A DNA stretch of 64,000 nucleotides, taken from Flavobacteriales bacterium. Lineage in GTDB: Bacteria; Bacteroidota; Bacteroidia; Flavobacteriales_D; Crocinitomicaceae. The position numbers and the translations under genes are program-made. The stretch is taken from assembly GCA_947500755.1 (NCBI GenBank), contig CANMTO010000008.1:1380-65379 (forward strand), read 5' to 3'. Below are positions 7,526-17,213 of this stretch, one piece after another; position 1 is the first letter of the stretch; each line of letters starts with the position of its first letter. The notes under the pieces are model-generated. The model was not told where the DNA came from and ran no database searches. It saw nothing but the letters and a program-made list of their open reading frames with translations.

Positions 7526-9250
7526 CTATTCAGCAATGCTTGGTTTTAAATCTTTCAAGACTAACTGAACCGTGGAGCGCTTGTTGAATTCATTAATTTC
7601 AAGTGTATATAAGGCATCAAACGCCAATCCTGCATGGGTTAGCGCTTCTTTTTCGATCAGATTAAACCCGATAGCGTTTAACCCTACGACCGATCCTTGC
7701 TGTACCAGTGACAACTTTAGATGTAAGTCCTTCAGCACCTTGGCTTGCGTGGCATACACCTCATTAGTTTGAAAAATGGGTTTTAGATTACCCGGACCAT
7801 GGGGCTCAAAAGCTTCAAGCACACGTACCAATTTCGGAATTAAAAATACGGACTCACTCCCAAAAATCTCATTAAAATTAAGGGTGGCTTCATAGCTTAA
7901 AACGGGGGTGCGTGGATTGGTTTCGAAATACACAGATGCCAAATCATTCAACATCTGTTTCAGAGCGTTGAAGTGCTGGGGGTGCAGAGAAAGCCCTGCG
8001 GCATGCTGATGACCACCAAACTGAATTAACAGGGCTGCACACTGAATCAACGCTTGGTGTATATCAAAGTTCCCGACCGTACGCGCAGAACCCGAAAGAA
8101 CGCCTTGATGTTCCGTTAAAATAAGCGTTGGGAGCGGATATTTCTCAATGACCCTAGAGGCCACAATACCCACCACCCCTTTGTGCCAATGAGTTGCAAA
8201 CAGAACATTCACCGAGCGATCGCTTGGTTCTTTTGCAAGCATATCCAACGCTTCTTTGGTGATTTGCTGATCGAGTCCTTTTCGCGTGGCATTATCTTGC
8301 TCAATGTCATGCATCAGTGCATCCAGGTCTTCAGATACTGGATTCAACATGCATGCCACGGCGGTTCTTCCCGATCGGATTCTTCCTGCGGCATTAATTC
8401 GCGGGGCAATCCCAAAAACGAGGTCGTTCAATTTAATCATTCCAGAACGATTCGCCGCGGAGAGCATCTTTTTAAAAGCAGGACGCGCATACTCATTGAT
8501 CTGTTTAAGACCATAAAAGGCGTATATCCTGTTTTCATCGGTAACGGGTACGATATCTGCGGCAATGCTCAAGGCCAGTAAATCCAAATTGGCATAGAGT
8601 TCCTCCAAGGGCCACGCATTGGAACTGAACAAGGCCTCTAATAATTTCATCCCAACTCCTGCACCAGAAAGGCCTTCAAACGGATAGGTATCCTTAGGCA
8701 CCTTGGGGTCCAAGATAATTGCTGGAGGCAGGACCTCCCCTGGTTCATGATGATCACACACAATCACTTGAATCTGATTAGACATCAAGGTCTGGATCAG
8801 TTCTACTGAACGCACTCCACAGTCTAGGGTAACTAGCACATCAATGTTATCACTAATTGCTGCTTCTACTCCGGCTTGACTTAAGCCATATCCTTCAGCA
8901 TAGCGGTCTGGAATGTAATAATCAATAAAAGCAACCCTGGCACGCAAGGCATTCATTGCGATCGCTACAGCGGTAGTACCATCTACGTCGTAGTCGCCAA
9001 ATAATCGAATTCGTTTTTTTTCTTTAATTGCTTGATTTAACAGGTCAACTGCTTCCTGCATGTGAGTAAACAAGAATGGGTCGTTCACATGGCTCAATTT
9101 AGGCCGGAAAAAGCGCTCTGCTTCCTGGTAGGATGTTACACCCCGATGCACCAAGAGGGAAGCAATTAACGGCGTTATTTTAACCTCTTTTGATAAATGT
9201 TCAACCTTTTCTGGACAGGCTGGGTCCTTGGGAATCCAAGTGTAGTTCAT
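7526..9250 (-). CDS. recJ: Single-stranded-DNA-specific exonuclease RecJ
   Basis: DHH family motifs FGDYDVDGTT, VTLDCG and VCDHHEP; DHHA1 motif GGHQHAAG; 574 aa. Confidence 0.93.
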   Translation of the reverse strand: MNYTWIPKDPACPEKVEHLSKEVKITPLIASLLVHRGVTSYQEAERFFRPKLSHVNDPFLFTHMQEAVDLLNQAIKEKKRIRLFGDYDVDGTTAVAIAMNALRARVAFIDYYIPDRYAEGYGLSQAGVEAAISDNIDVLVTLDCGVRSVELIQTLMSNQIQVIVCDHHEPGEVLPPAIILDPKVPKDTYPFEGLSGAGVGMKLLEALFSSNAWPLEELYANLDLLALSIAADIVPVTDENRIYAFYGLKQINEYARPAFKKMLSAANRSGMIKLNDLVFGIAPRINAAGRIRSGRTAVACMLNPVSEDLDALMHDIEQDNATRKGLDQQITKEALDMLAKEPSDRSVNVLFATHWHKGVVGIVASRVIEKYPLPTLILTEHQGVLSGSARTVGNFDIHQALIQCAALLIQFGGHQHAAGLSLHPQHFNALKQMLNDLASVYFETNPRTPVLSYEATLNFNEIFGSESVFLIPKLVRVLEAFEPHGPGNLKPIFQTNEVYATQAKVLKDLHLKLSLVQQGSVVGLNAIGFNLIEKEALTHAGLAFDALYTLEINEFNKRSTVQLVLKDLKPSIAE

Positions 9251-9333
9251 AAATAAAAATGATAATAAAACACAATACGCTTTACATCAAAATTAATTGT
9301 TTATATTCACCTCAAACTTTAAATCTTTTTAAT

Positions 9334-9903
9334 ATGAAAACAAAAAATTTACTATGGGTAGCGCTTCTAGGTCTTGCTGTATCTTGTACGGTAAGCAAGC
9401 GAATTGACAAATGGGGATACAAGGTATCTTTAAACAAAAACCAACAATCAGAGCTTAGCAATGAGGAAGTAGCTGTAGTTCCAATGACGGAGCAAACCAA
9501 TTCAACATTACAAACAGTTCAGCTTGAACCGGTTGTTTCATTGGTTGAAACTGCGCGTGTAGAACCTACTGCAGAAGTAAATTCACCAGAGGTTACTGCA
9601 CAAGCCGTGAAAATGGTGAACGCGAATCAAACAAATGGAGCAGTTGCGATGAAATTGAACAAAAAGGCTGAGCGCATTATGGCAAAGCTTAATTCAAATG
9701 AAGCAAAAGCGAGTAATTCAAACCGCACAGAAACTTGGGTATATGTCGTGCTTATTTTATTAGTTCCTTTTGGAACAACAATTTCGATGTATCTATATGA
9801 AGGAAGTTGGACAAAGCGTGTAACTACGAATTTAATTCTAACCTTACTTTGTGGTTTACCAGGATTCATTCATGCCTTGGTTGTGATTTTTGGCAACAAA
9901 TAA
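9334..9903 (+). CDS. Lipoprotein-like membrane protein with a C-terminal YqaE/Pmp3-like two-TM segment
   Basis: ATG 9334 gives MKTKNLLWVALLGLAVSC (lipobox-like). The C-terminus WVYVVLILLVPFG...LILTLLCGLPGFIHALVVIFG resembles the Pmp3/UPF0057 family. Confidence 0.6.
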   Translation: MKTKNLLWVALLGLAVSCTVSKRIDKWGYKVSLNKNQQSELSNEEVAVVPMTEQTNSTLQTVQLEPVVSLVETARVEPTAEVNSPEVTAQAVKMVNANQTNGAVAMKLNKKAERIMAKLNSNEAKASNSNRTETWVYVVLILLVPFGTTISMYLYEGSWTKRVTTNLILTLLCGLPGFIHALVVIFGNK

Positions 9904-9924
9904 TCTGGCCTTTTAAGGATAGTG

Positions 9925-9952
9925 AGCCGGGGAGTTATTCTCCGGCTTTTTT
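9925..9952 (+). terminator. Candidate Rho-independent terminator
   Basis: AGCCGGGGAG-TTAT-TCTCCGGCT hairpin followed by TTTTTT. It overlaps the last codons of the convergent gene 9935-10333. Confidence 0.45.
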
Positions 9953-10333
9953 ATTGAACTCAAGGTGCGAAAGAATCATGGAATGAATGCTTACCGATGC
10001 ATTTCCGTGATGATATCGATCAAGGTACCACTCCCCTTTTTCGTTCTTAGATAGCACATTAAATCGATCGAAAAAGTCGATTCCCAATTGTTCTCCGAGC
10101 GAACGAACTGTATGTGTAATTTTGTCTATAGAACAGCCAGAAGCCTTTACCTCTGCTTCGTTAGCTGCGATAACAACAGCGGCACACTCAAAGCAAAATC
10201 CTTGAGCATCAATCGGTGTACCATGGGTTTTCCAATTTGAAACAAATGTGCTCAATGTATTATTAACGATGAATACTTCTTCGGTATTCAACATTCGATT
10301 GGCCACAAACACCCAGGTTCTTTGATCTGTCAT
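9935..10333 (-). CDS. Conserved hypothetical 132-aa protein with a CxxC motif
   Basis: Complete ORF starting 5 nt downstream of the CCG-domain gene. It contains GFCFECAAV plus a third Cys (ASGCSIDK). I do not recognise a family. Confidence 0.6.
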   Translation of the reverse strand: MTDQRTWVFVANRMLNTEEVFIVNNTLSTFVSNWKTHGTPIDAQGFCFECAAVVIAANEAEVKASGCSIDKITHTVRSLGEQLGIDFFDRFNVLSKNEKGEWYLDRYHHGNASVSIHSMILSHLEFNKKAGE

Positions 10334-10338
10334 CTTTC

Positions 10339-11127
10339 TTACAAATCCGCTGCTTGAGCAATTAATTCCGCTACATCAAGCACTTGAATATCTGCTTCTT
10401 TATTGAAATTCTTTACCCCATCGGTCATCATGGTATTGCAAAACGGGCAACCAGTCGCCACAATATTTGCCTTAGATTCGAGTACATCTTCTGTGCGCTC
10501 AATATTAATTTCTTTATTGCCCTTCTCTGCCTCTTTAAACATTTGGGCACCCCCAGCGCCACAGCAAAGGCCGTTGGTTTTACAGCGCTTCATTTCTACC
10601 AATTCACCGTCGAGGCTCTCAATGAGGTCGCGAGGCGCTTGGTAGACATCGTTTGCTCTACCTAAATAACAAGGGTCGTGGAAGGTGATTTTCTTTCCTT
10701 TGAAGGTGCCTCCATCGATCAGGGACAATTTACCTGTATTAATTAAATCCTGAATCAACTGGGTATGATGGAGCACCTCATAAGACCCACCTAGTTCGGG
10801 ATACTCATTCTTCAGTGTATTAAAACAATGCGGACAACCTGTAACAATTCGCTTTATTTCATAGCCATTGAGCACTTGAATATTCATTTGAGCCTGCATC
10901 TGAAATGTGAATTCATTTCCAGCGCGGCGTGCAGGATCTCCAGTGCATGACTCTTCTGTACCTAGCACGGCAAATTTCACCTTACAATGGGTTAAAATTT
11001 TGGCAATTGCCTTGGTGATTTTCTTGGCACGGTCGTCAAAACTACCGGCACATCCTACCCAAAACAGGACGTCAGGAGTTTCTCCTGCGGCCATCATTTC
11101 GGCCATTGTTGGAACTTTCAAATTCAT
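10339..11127 (-). CDS. (Fe-S)-binding protein with two CCG domains (HdrD/DsrK C-terminal-like, LutA/GlpC family)
   Basis: Cys patterns WVGCAGSF...CTGDP, TGCPHCFN, GLCCGAGG and TGCPFCN; 262 aa. Confidence 0.8.
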   Translation of the reverse strand: MNLKVPTMAEMMAAGETPDVLFWVGCAGSFDDRAKKITKAIAKILTHCKVKFAVLGTEESCTGDPARRAGNEFTFQMQAQMNIQVLNGYEIKRIVTGCPHCFNTLKNEYPELGGSYEVLHHTQLIQDLINTGKLSLIDGGTFKGKKITFHDPCYLGRANDVYQAPRDLIESLDGELVEMKRCKTNGLCCGAGGAQMFKEAEKGNKEINIERTEDVLESKANIVATGCPFCNTMMTDGVKNFNKEADIQVLDVAELIAQAADL

Positions 11128-11131
11128 CCGT

Positions 11132-12436
11132 TTAATTTTCTTCGGTCCATTTCATTCGATCAGCAGGAGAAAACTGCCATGGTGCACCATTATTCTCAAT
11201 GTTAGTTAACATTCCTGTTAATTCCGTTGGGACTTTTGATTCTTCCATAACCAGGTATCTTCTCAGATCAACAATAATCGAAAGTGGATCAATGTTCACT
11301 GGGCATTCCTGTACACAGGCGTTGCAGCTCGTACAGGCCCAAAGCTCTTCGGGGGTAATGTAATCTCCAAGCAAGGACTTTCCGTCATTTAAATCAAAGT
11401 TATTTGACCCGATTTCTGACAAACGATCACGCGTATCCATCATGATTTTTCTAGGAGAAAGCAATTTTCCAGTTTGATTTGCCGGACAAACAGAAGTACA
11501 ACGGCCACACTCGGTGCATGAATAAGCATCCAACAATTGCTTCCAAGAAAGGTCTTGCACATCCTTCGCCCCAAAGCGTTGAGGAGCCTCTGTTGTAGGT
11601 GCTGCTGCATAAGGGTCAGCCGATGGGTCAAGCATTAACTTCACTTCCGCTTCCACGGACTCCATGTTATTGAATTTTCCTTTGGCATTAAGGTTGGAAA
11701 AATAGGTATTTGGAAAAGCAAAGAGAATATGTAAATGCTTGGAATACGGTAGGTAATTTAAAAACACAAACACCATAACGAGGTGCCCCCACCAACCAAT
11801 CGAAGAAATAATATGAAGTATATTTTCGTTGTTGATTCGTCCAAAAAACAAGGGCCCGAGGTATTGACTTACCGCGAATCCATACCCCACATTAGAACGC
11901 CATATTTTATCTGCTTCATCTGCGCCATTCATCATGAAAATAAAAATGATTAGAAGCAACTCAAATAACAGGATCAGGTTGGCATCATTTCTTGCCCAAC
12001 CGTTTAGGTCTGAGGAGGTAAAGCGCGGAATCTTGATTAAATTTCTACGGGCAAAGAAGATCAATGTGGCAATGAAGGTAAGTACCGAAAGCACTTCAAT
12101 TGAACTGATTACGAAGGTATAAAAAGGACCTAACCCTGCCTCATAAAAGAATCGATGGGACCCGGTGAACCCATCAATAAAAACTTCGATTAGCTCAATT
12201 TGGGTAATGATAAAAGCCACGTAAAAAATAAAATGTAAGATTGCCGGAATTGGTCGATTAAACATTTTTTTCTGGCCAAAGGCTACCAACAACATGGTCT
12301 TAATTCGCTCCCCTACTCGATCGGTTCGGTTGGTGGGACGGCCCAACTTGATTTGCTTTACAATTGAGCTCAGTTTCCATGAGAAAATCGCGATAGAAAC
12401 CAAGGCCAAGATAACGAAAACAAGGTGTGCTATCAT
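11132..12436 (-). CDS. Membrane-anchored 2x[4Fe-4S] ferredoxin-domain protein (DsrM/NarI-like TM domain fused to an HdrC/DsrK-like N-terminal half)
   Basis: N-terminal region of about 260 aa with 5-6 TM helices and His-rich GWWGHLVMVFVFLNYLPYSKHLHIL; then CTECGRCTSVCP and CTSCNACVQECP. Confidence 0.8.
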   Translation of the reverse strand: MIAHLVFVILALVSIAIFSWKLSSIVKQIKLGRPTNRTDRVGERIKTMLLVAFGQKKMFNRPIPAILHFIFYVAFIITQIELIEVFIDGFTGSHRFFYEAGLGPFYTFVISSIEVLSVLTFIATLIFFARRNLIKIPRFTSSDLNGWARNDANLILLFELLLIIFIFMMNGADEADKIWRSNVGYGFAVSQYLGPLFFGRINNENILHIISSIGWWGHLVMVFVFLNYLPYSKHLHILFAFPNTYFSNLNAKGKFNNMESVEAEVKLMLDPSADPYAAAPTTEAPQRFGAKDVQDLSWKQLLDAYSCTECGRCTSVCPANQTGKLLSPRKIMMDTRDRLSEIGSNNFDLNDGKSLLGDYITPEELWACTSCNACVQECPVNIDPLSIIVDLRRYLVMEESKVPTELTGMLTNIENNGAPWQFSPADRMKWTEEN

Positions 12437-12439
12437 GGG

Positions 12440-13480
12440 CTATTCAGGGATTGTATCTAACCACTTTTTTAATTTTCCTTCTTCTTTTCCGGTAAGTTGG
12501 AGCCCTTTATTTTTTCGTCCAATCACAGATAAATGCACATAGCGTTCAGGGTGTGCTTGCAAATCGTCCACAAGTTCTTGAAGCTCATTGTTTGTTTCAA
12601 CAAGTTCATTGTATAGTTTTTCGTCATGCACTAGTTTCCCCAAGGTACCCTTTCCACTGTTCACATCTTCGAGCATGTAATTAAACTTTTTCAAGGTAGT
12701 TTGTGCTTCAAGAACAGTACCCTTGAAGTCTGCACTCACCATGTCATCTGTCACTTTTTTGGTGTTTCCAATAATTGCACTTACCTCATCGCTACTTTTT
12801 TCGAGGTTCAAGGTTATCCGTTCCACATGGTCCATTATTTTAGAAAACTGCGCCTTTTCTTGCCCAACAAACCCTTGGATTTCTGAGGATAAATCTCCAA
12901 TTTTCTTAATGGTGATTTTTAGCTCTTTAATGCTTGCTGTGATGTCGTTGGAACCTTTTTCATCAAAAACTCCAGAAAGCGAATTCACCATGCCGTCGAT
13001 ATGTAGGATAAGTGTTTGAAGTTTCTGAGAAATTGGATCTGCATATTGTTTAACCTGAGAAAACATATCGGCGGACATCTTTCCAGGAATTTCATCCCCG
13101 GAACGGTAGCTTCCGTTTTTAGGTTTGCTGGGATAATTAACAATGAGTCCTTTGGTTAATAGATCCAAAGACCCTAATTCGATGACTGTACCTTTGGGTA
13201 ATTTAATGTCCGATTCACTCACACTGAATTTAATTTTCACTCGGCGATTCTCTGGATTCGTTGGTACGTTTTCGATGTCTAGAATTTTCCCAATAATCAC
13301 CCCGTTCAAGGTGACATTTCCAGATACCATTACTTGGCCAGAATTAGGGAAATAGGAATAGAACGTATTATCCCCACCGAGCAGACTATAACCCTTTAAA
13401 AAATTAATACCAAGCACCAATAATACGATGGCACCAACCGCAATAAACCCTGCTTTTATTTCTTTGGAAAGTTTCAACAT
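12440..13480 (-). CDS. MlaD/MCE family protein
   Basis: N-terminal TM segment KAGFIAVGAIVLLVLGINFLKG, an MCE beta-barrel region, then a long helical C-terminus; 346 aa. Confidence 0.8.
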   Translation of the reverse strand: MLKLSKEIKAGFIAVGAIVLLVLGINFLKGYSLLGGDNTFYSYFPNSGQVMVSGNVTLNGVIIGKILDIENVPTNPENRRVKIKFSVSESDIKLPKGTVIELGSLDLLTKGLIVNYPSKPKNGSYRSGDEIPGKMSADMFSQVKQYADPISQKLQTLILHIDGMVNSLSGVFDEKGSNDITASIKELKITIKKIGDLSSEIQGFVGQEKAQFSKIMDHVERITLNLEKSSDEVSAIIGNTKKVTDDMVSADFKGTVLEAQTTLKKFNYMLEDVNSGKGTLGKLVHDEKLYNELVETNNELQELVDDLQAHPERYVHLSVIGRKNKGLQLTGKEEGKLKKWLDTIPE

Positions 13481-14656
13481 TTATTTTTCTGCTAATTTAA
13501 TGGCTTTTTCGATACTGATGCGCTCTCCGTTAGAGAAAGCGATAACAAATGCGCTAGAAAAGCCTTTTTCTTGCATTGCTGTTTTATGTTTCTTCGCCCC
13601 TTCGAGGTCTTTGATAAACATGCCCGTGTAATATTTATACAGATTATCTTGGGTATATTCTTTGACTGGAACGTCTTTAAATTTAGGGGCATCCGATGAT
13701 AATTTTTCAGCAGAGGATACGATTTGAACCGCGAAAAATACTTCAGAAGAACTTATTGGAACCGCAGATACCGAATCTACCGCCGTGGAATTTGTTGGTT
13801 TCGTATCCGGTCTCTCTGGAATCACCACATGGTCTTCAGTAAGCATTTTTCCTTCGTACGTATTTTTATATTTAACGAACGCTTTAAGCATGGCGTTCGA
13901 CATTTTCTCTTGCCCGGCAGCATTTCCGATGAACGCCTCCTCATTTGGATTGGTAAGAAACCCCGTTTCAATGAGAACGCTAGGCATCGCTGTTTTGTAC
14001 AACACCAAAAAACCAGCTTGTTTAACGCCTCGATCATATCGGCCGATGCTTTTAAACTCTGATTGTAAAAATCCGGCGAACTTAATCGCATTATTTAGAT
14101 TCACATTTTGCTGCAATTGGATTGCGATCATGGCATCCGGTGTTAAATCAAAAGCCTTATATTTTGCGCCTTTATCCTCTTCCAATGAAATAATGGAGTT
14201 TTCTCGTTCCATTACCTTTTGTTGAGATTCAGTTCTATGTAAACCAAGTACATAGGTTTCCGTACCATAGGCCGCGGAGGAACCCGCATTTGCGTGAATG
14301 CAAATGAACAGGTCTGCGTTAGCTTTATTTGCAATATTCGCACGCTCAATTAATTCCACAAAAACATCCGTTTCACGGGTGTATTTCACGGTAATGGTTG
14401 GGTATTTCTCTTTGATTAATTTTCCCAGCGTCAGCGCCATAGATAAACACACATCTTTTTCATGGGCATATCCGCCATGGCAACCGGGATCTTTACCACC
14501 GTGACCGGCATCAATAACCACGGTTTTTAATTTTGGGGAATCAACACCTTTCTGAGCAAAAAGATTGGTTGAAACAAAAAGGTTGCACAAGATACATGCA
14601 ACAAACGCGTTCCTCAGAATCAGCGCTTTTTTTGGTAGTTTTGCAATACGTTCCAT
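13481..14656 (-). CDS. N-acetylmuramoyl-L-alanine amidase (Amidase_3) with a C-terminal SPOR-like domain
   Basis: VVIDAGHGGKDPG, FICIHANA and GFLTNPNE; C-terminal VFFAVQIVSS...YYTGMF...GFSSAFVIAF. ATG at 14656 (MERIAKLPKK...); the ORF extends to a TTG at 14680. Confidence 0.88.
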   Translation of the reverse strand: MERIAKLPKKALILRNAFVACILCNLFVSTNLFAQKGVDSPKLKTVVIDAGHGGKDPGCHGGYAHEKDVCLSMALTLGKLIKEKYPTITVKYTRETDVFVELIERANIANKANADLFICIHANAGSSAAYGTETYVLGLHRTESQQKVMERENSIISLEEDKGAKYKAFDLTPDAMIAIQLQQNVNLNNAIKFAGFLQSEFKSIGRYDRGVKQAGFLVLYKTAMPSVLIETGFLTNPNEEAFIGNAAGQEKMSNAMLKAFVKYKNTYEGKMLTEDHVVIPERPDTKPTNSTAVDSVSAVPISSSEVFFAVQIVSSAEKLSSDAPKFKDVPVKEYTQDNLYKYYTGMFIKDLEGAKKHKTAMQEKGFSSAFVIAFSNGERISIEKAIKLAEK

Positions 14657-17213
14657 GATAGATTTCAAATTTACGTTCAAGATTCAAACGAAAGTTGTGC
14701 CACCTTGGCTACTTTTCTTCGTTGGAATGTTAATAATGTGTTTTTCTTTAAACGCACAACGTGTAATTTCGGATACAATCTACCAAGATGACCAGCAAGT
14801 TGATGAAATTATAAAATATGGTGCTCGAGACTCTTCCTTCTATGATGTGCCCTCAAAAAAAGCCTATTTATACGGCGGAGCATACGTTGAGACGCTTACC
14901 AGTAAACTCACCGCGGGTGCCATAATCATCGATTTTGACCAGAATGAGGTTGAAGCGAGTTATATTCTGAACGCGCACAGTATGGCGATAGAGTACCCTG
15001 TTTTTGTTGAATCGGGCGAAACCATGACTTGTAAGCGCATGCGGATGAATACCGAAACGCAAAAGATCTACATTGAAGCGCTACAGGTTAAACAGGATGA
15101 ATTGTTCTTTAACATGGGAGAAGCGAAGCGCTATCCTTCAGATCAAATACATTTAAAAAAGGGAGTACTTACCACCTGTGATCAAGAGGAGCCTCATTAC
15201 CATTTTTTATTGACAAAAGGAGTTGTTGTGCCAGATAAACGCATAGTGGCGGGTCCGATGAACTTGTGGATTAGTGGGATTCCTACGCCCATTGGACTCC
15301 CCTTTGCTTTTATTCCACAGCAGAAGGAGCGCACTAAAGGTCTACTATTCCCGGAATTTATCCCCAGTTCAAGTTATGGGTTTGGTATTCAAAATTTAGG
15401 GTATTTTATCCCGATTAACGAGCATCTTCAAACGAGCGTGTACGCCAATTTATACAGCCGGGGAAGTTGGGGGATTAGGAATGAACTGGAGTATGCCAAA
15501 CGCTATGGATTTACCGGGCGAATCGGTCTTGGTTATCAGCAATTCAACAACGGATTTCCTAGTTATAGCAAGAATAATAAACTTACGGTAACGTGGTCGC
15601 ACAACAAGCAACAAAAATCAAATCCTTTTTGGAATTTCACCTCAAACGTTAATTTCATCTCCGATAATACTTCCAAAAACAACCCTGACCCAATAAATCC
15701 TGAATATTTCAACAACTCCTTTAATTCAGATATCAACTTGACACGCTTCTTCCCGGGAAAGCCATTAACCATGGGGGCTAAAATCTCCATGCGTCAGAAC
15801 TCTTTAGCACAGAACATGGCCTTAGTTGCTCCGGTAATGAATATAAACATGACCCGTATTTTTCCGTTTAAGCAGCTAATTCCACTTCCCACATCTGAAT
15901 TCGGGAGAGCCATTCAACGCATTGGATTAACATACAATTTTGAGACTCAAAACAAAAGCACCTTCGCAGATTCACTCATCAGCCCCTTTGATTTTACCGG
16001 AATCGGGCAAACTTTTTTTAATGGTGTAAACCAAGGAATCGGACTACAAACAACCTTTGGTTTATTTAAAAATGCGGTAAAAATAAACCCCACGTTGAAT
16101 TATGGAAATAAAATAAATTTCCAGCAAATTGAAAAAAAATACGATATATTATCCAACAGTACGCTTACTGATACCCTACGAAAGGCAGCTATGGGGAATG
16201 AATTTAGTTTCAGCGTTAATGCAACCACGGTGGTCTATAGCTATTATAAGGTGCTTGGAAAAAACAAACCCATAATACGGCACTTAATGACTCCTTCTAT
16301 TGGGTATCGGTATGTGCCTAAACTTAACGAAATCGTTACTGCCAACGTAGGACCAAACCTCAGCACCATTAGTTATTCTCCCTTTGAGCGAAGCATCTAC
16401 GCATTCGGAAATACGCGCGCTTCATCATTTTTAAATTTCGGGATCAACAACAGCGTTGAGCTAAAAATGAAATCCGAAAAAGACACTATAAGCGGATACC
16501 GTAAAACAAGGCTCATTGATCAGTTCTCAATCAATGGGAATGTGGACTTTCTAAAAGACTCCATGAACTTGTCTGACTTATCATTAAACCTGCGAATAAG
16601 CCCCTTTAAATGGATGAATTTTGTAGCCAATGGCACCTACAGTTTGTATGGTTGGAATGACAGCTCGGGCAATGCAATTCAATCCTTTGCTTGGGAAACC
16701 GGCCAAGGAATAGGACGATTATTAAATGCAGCATTAAACACCACACTAACACTTACCTCGAAAAAAAGCAGGGAAATAATAGAACAGAAGCAGGAAGAAA
16801 TAAGCCAGCAATGGAATGCCGACTACACCTATTTTGCGTTACACCCTGAACAAGCCATATACTTTGACATACCCTGGAAAATAAATGTGGCTCATGTATT
16901 TAGCATTGTAAACAACACGAACAAAACCGTAACTAATCCAGCTACCTGGTCAACGGTTCAAACCCTATCAATGAATGGGGACATAAGCTTTACTAAGCGT
17001 TGGAATGTATCTACGAATATCAATCTGGACACAAAAACACGGCAAATTACCAACATGAATTTAGCACTCAACCGCAACATGCATTGTTGGGCCTTGAGCT
17101 TCTTTTGGACACCGATTGGAGGGAATCAAAGCTTTCTATTAAGTATTCGCAATACCTCTTCCTTGTTCCGCGATGCTAAAATCGATGTGCGCAAACCCCC
17201 TGCTTTCTTTTAA
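14655..17213 (+). CDS. Large outer-membrane beta-barrel protein, putative LPS-assembly LptD/OstA-like
   Basis: 852 aa from ATG 14655. The signal-like N-terminus is MIDFKFTFKIQTKVVPPWLLFFVGMLIMCFSLNAQ. It has an OstA-like N-domain (AYLYGGAYVE...AGAIIIDFDQNEVEA) and a long region rich in aromatic-x-aromatic strands. The alternative start 14727 gives a signal peptide that is too short. Confidence 0.6.
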   Translation: MIDFKFTFKIQTKVVPPWLLFFVGMLIMCFSLNAQRVISDTIYQDDQQVDEIIKYGARDSSFYDVPSKKAYLYGGAYVETLTSKLTAGAIIIDFDQNEVEASYILNAHSMAIEYPVFVESGETMTCKRMRMNTETQKIYIEALQVKQDELFFNMGEAKRYPSDQIHLKKGVLTTCDQEEPHYHFLLTKGVVVPDKRIVAGPMNLWISGIPTPIGLPFAFIPQQKERTKGLLFPEFIPSSSYGFGIQNLGYFIPINEHLQTSVYANLYSRGSWGIRNELEYAKRYGFTGRIGLGYQQFNNGFPSYSKNNKLTVTWSHNKQQKSNPFWNFTSNVNFISDNTSKNNPDPINPEYFNNSFNSDINLTRFFPGKPLTMGAKISMRQNSLAQNMALVAPVMNINMTRIFPFKQLIPLPTSEFGRAIQRIGLTYNFETQNKSTFADSLISPFDFTGIGQTFFNGVNQGIGLQTTFGLFKNAVKINPTLNYGNKINFQQIEKKYDILSNSTLTDTLRKAAMGNEFSFSVNATTVVYSYYKVLGKNKPIIRHLMTPSIGYRYVPKLNEIVTANVGPNLSTISYSPFERSIYAFGNTRASSFLNFGINNSVELKMKSEKDTISGYRKTRLIDQFSINGNVDFLKDSMNLSDLSLNLRISPFKWMNFVANGTYSLYGWNDSSGNAIQSFAWETGQGIGRLLNAALNTTLTLTSKKSREIIEQKQEEISQQWNADYTYFALHPEQAIYFDIPWKINVAHVFSIVNNTNKTVTNPATWSTVQTLSMNGDISFTKRWNVSTNINLDTKTRQITNMNLALNRNMHCWALSFFWTPIGGNQSFLLSIRNTSSLFRDAKIDVRKPPAFF

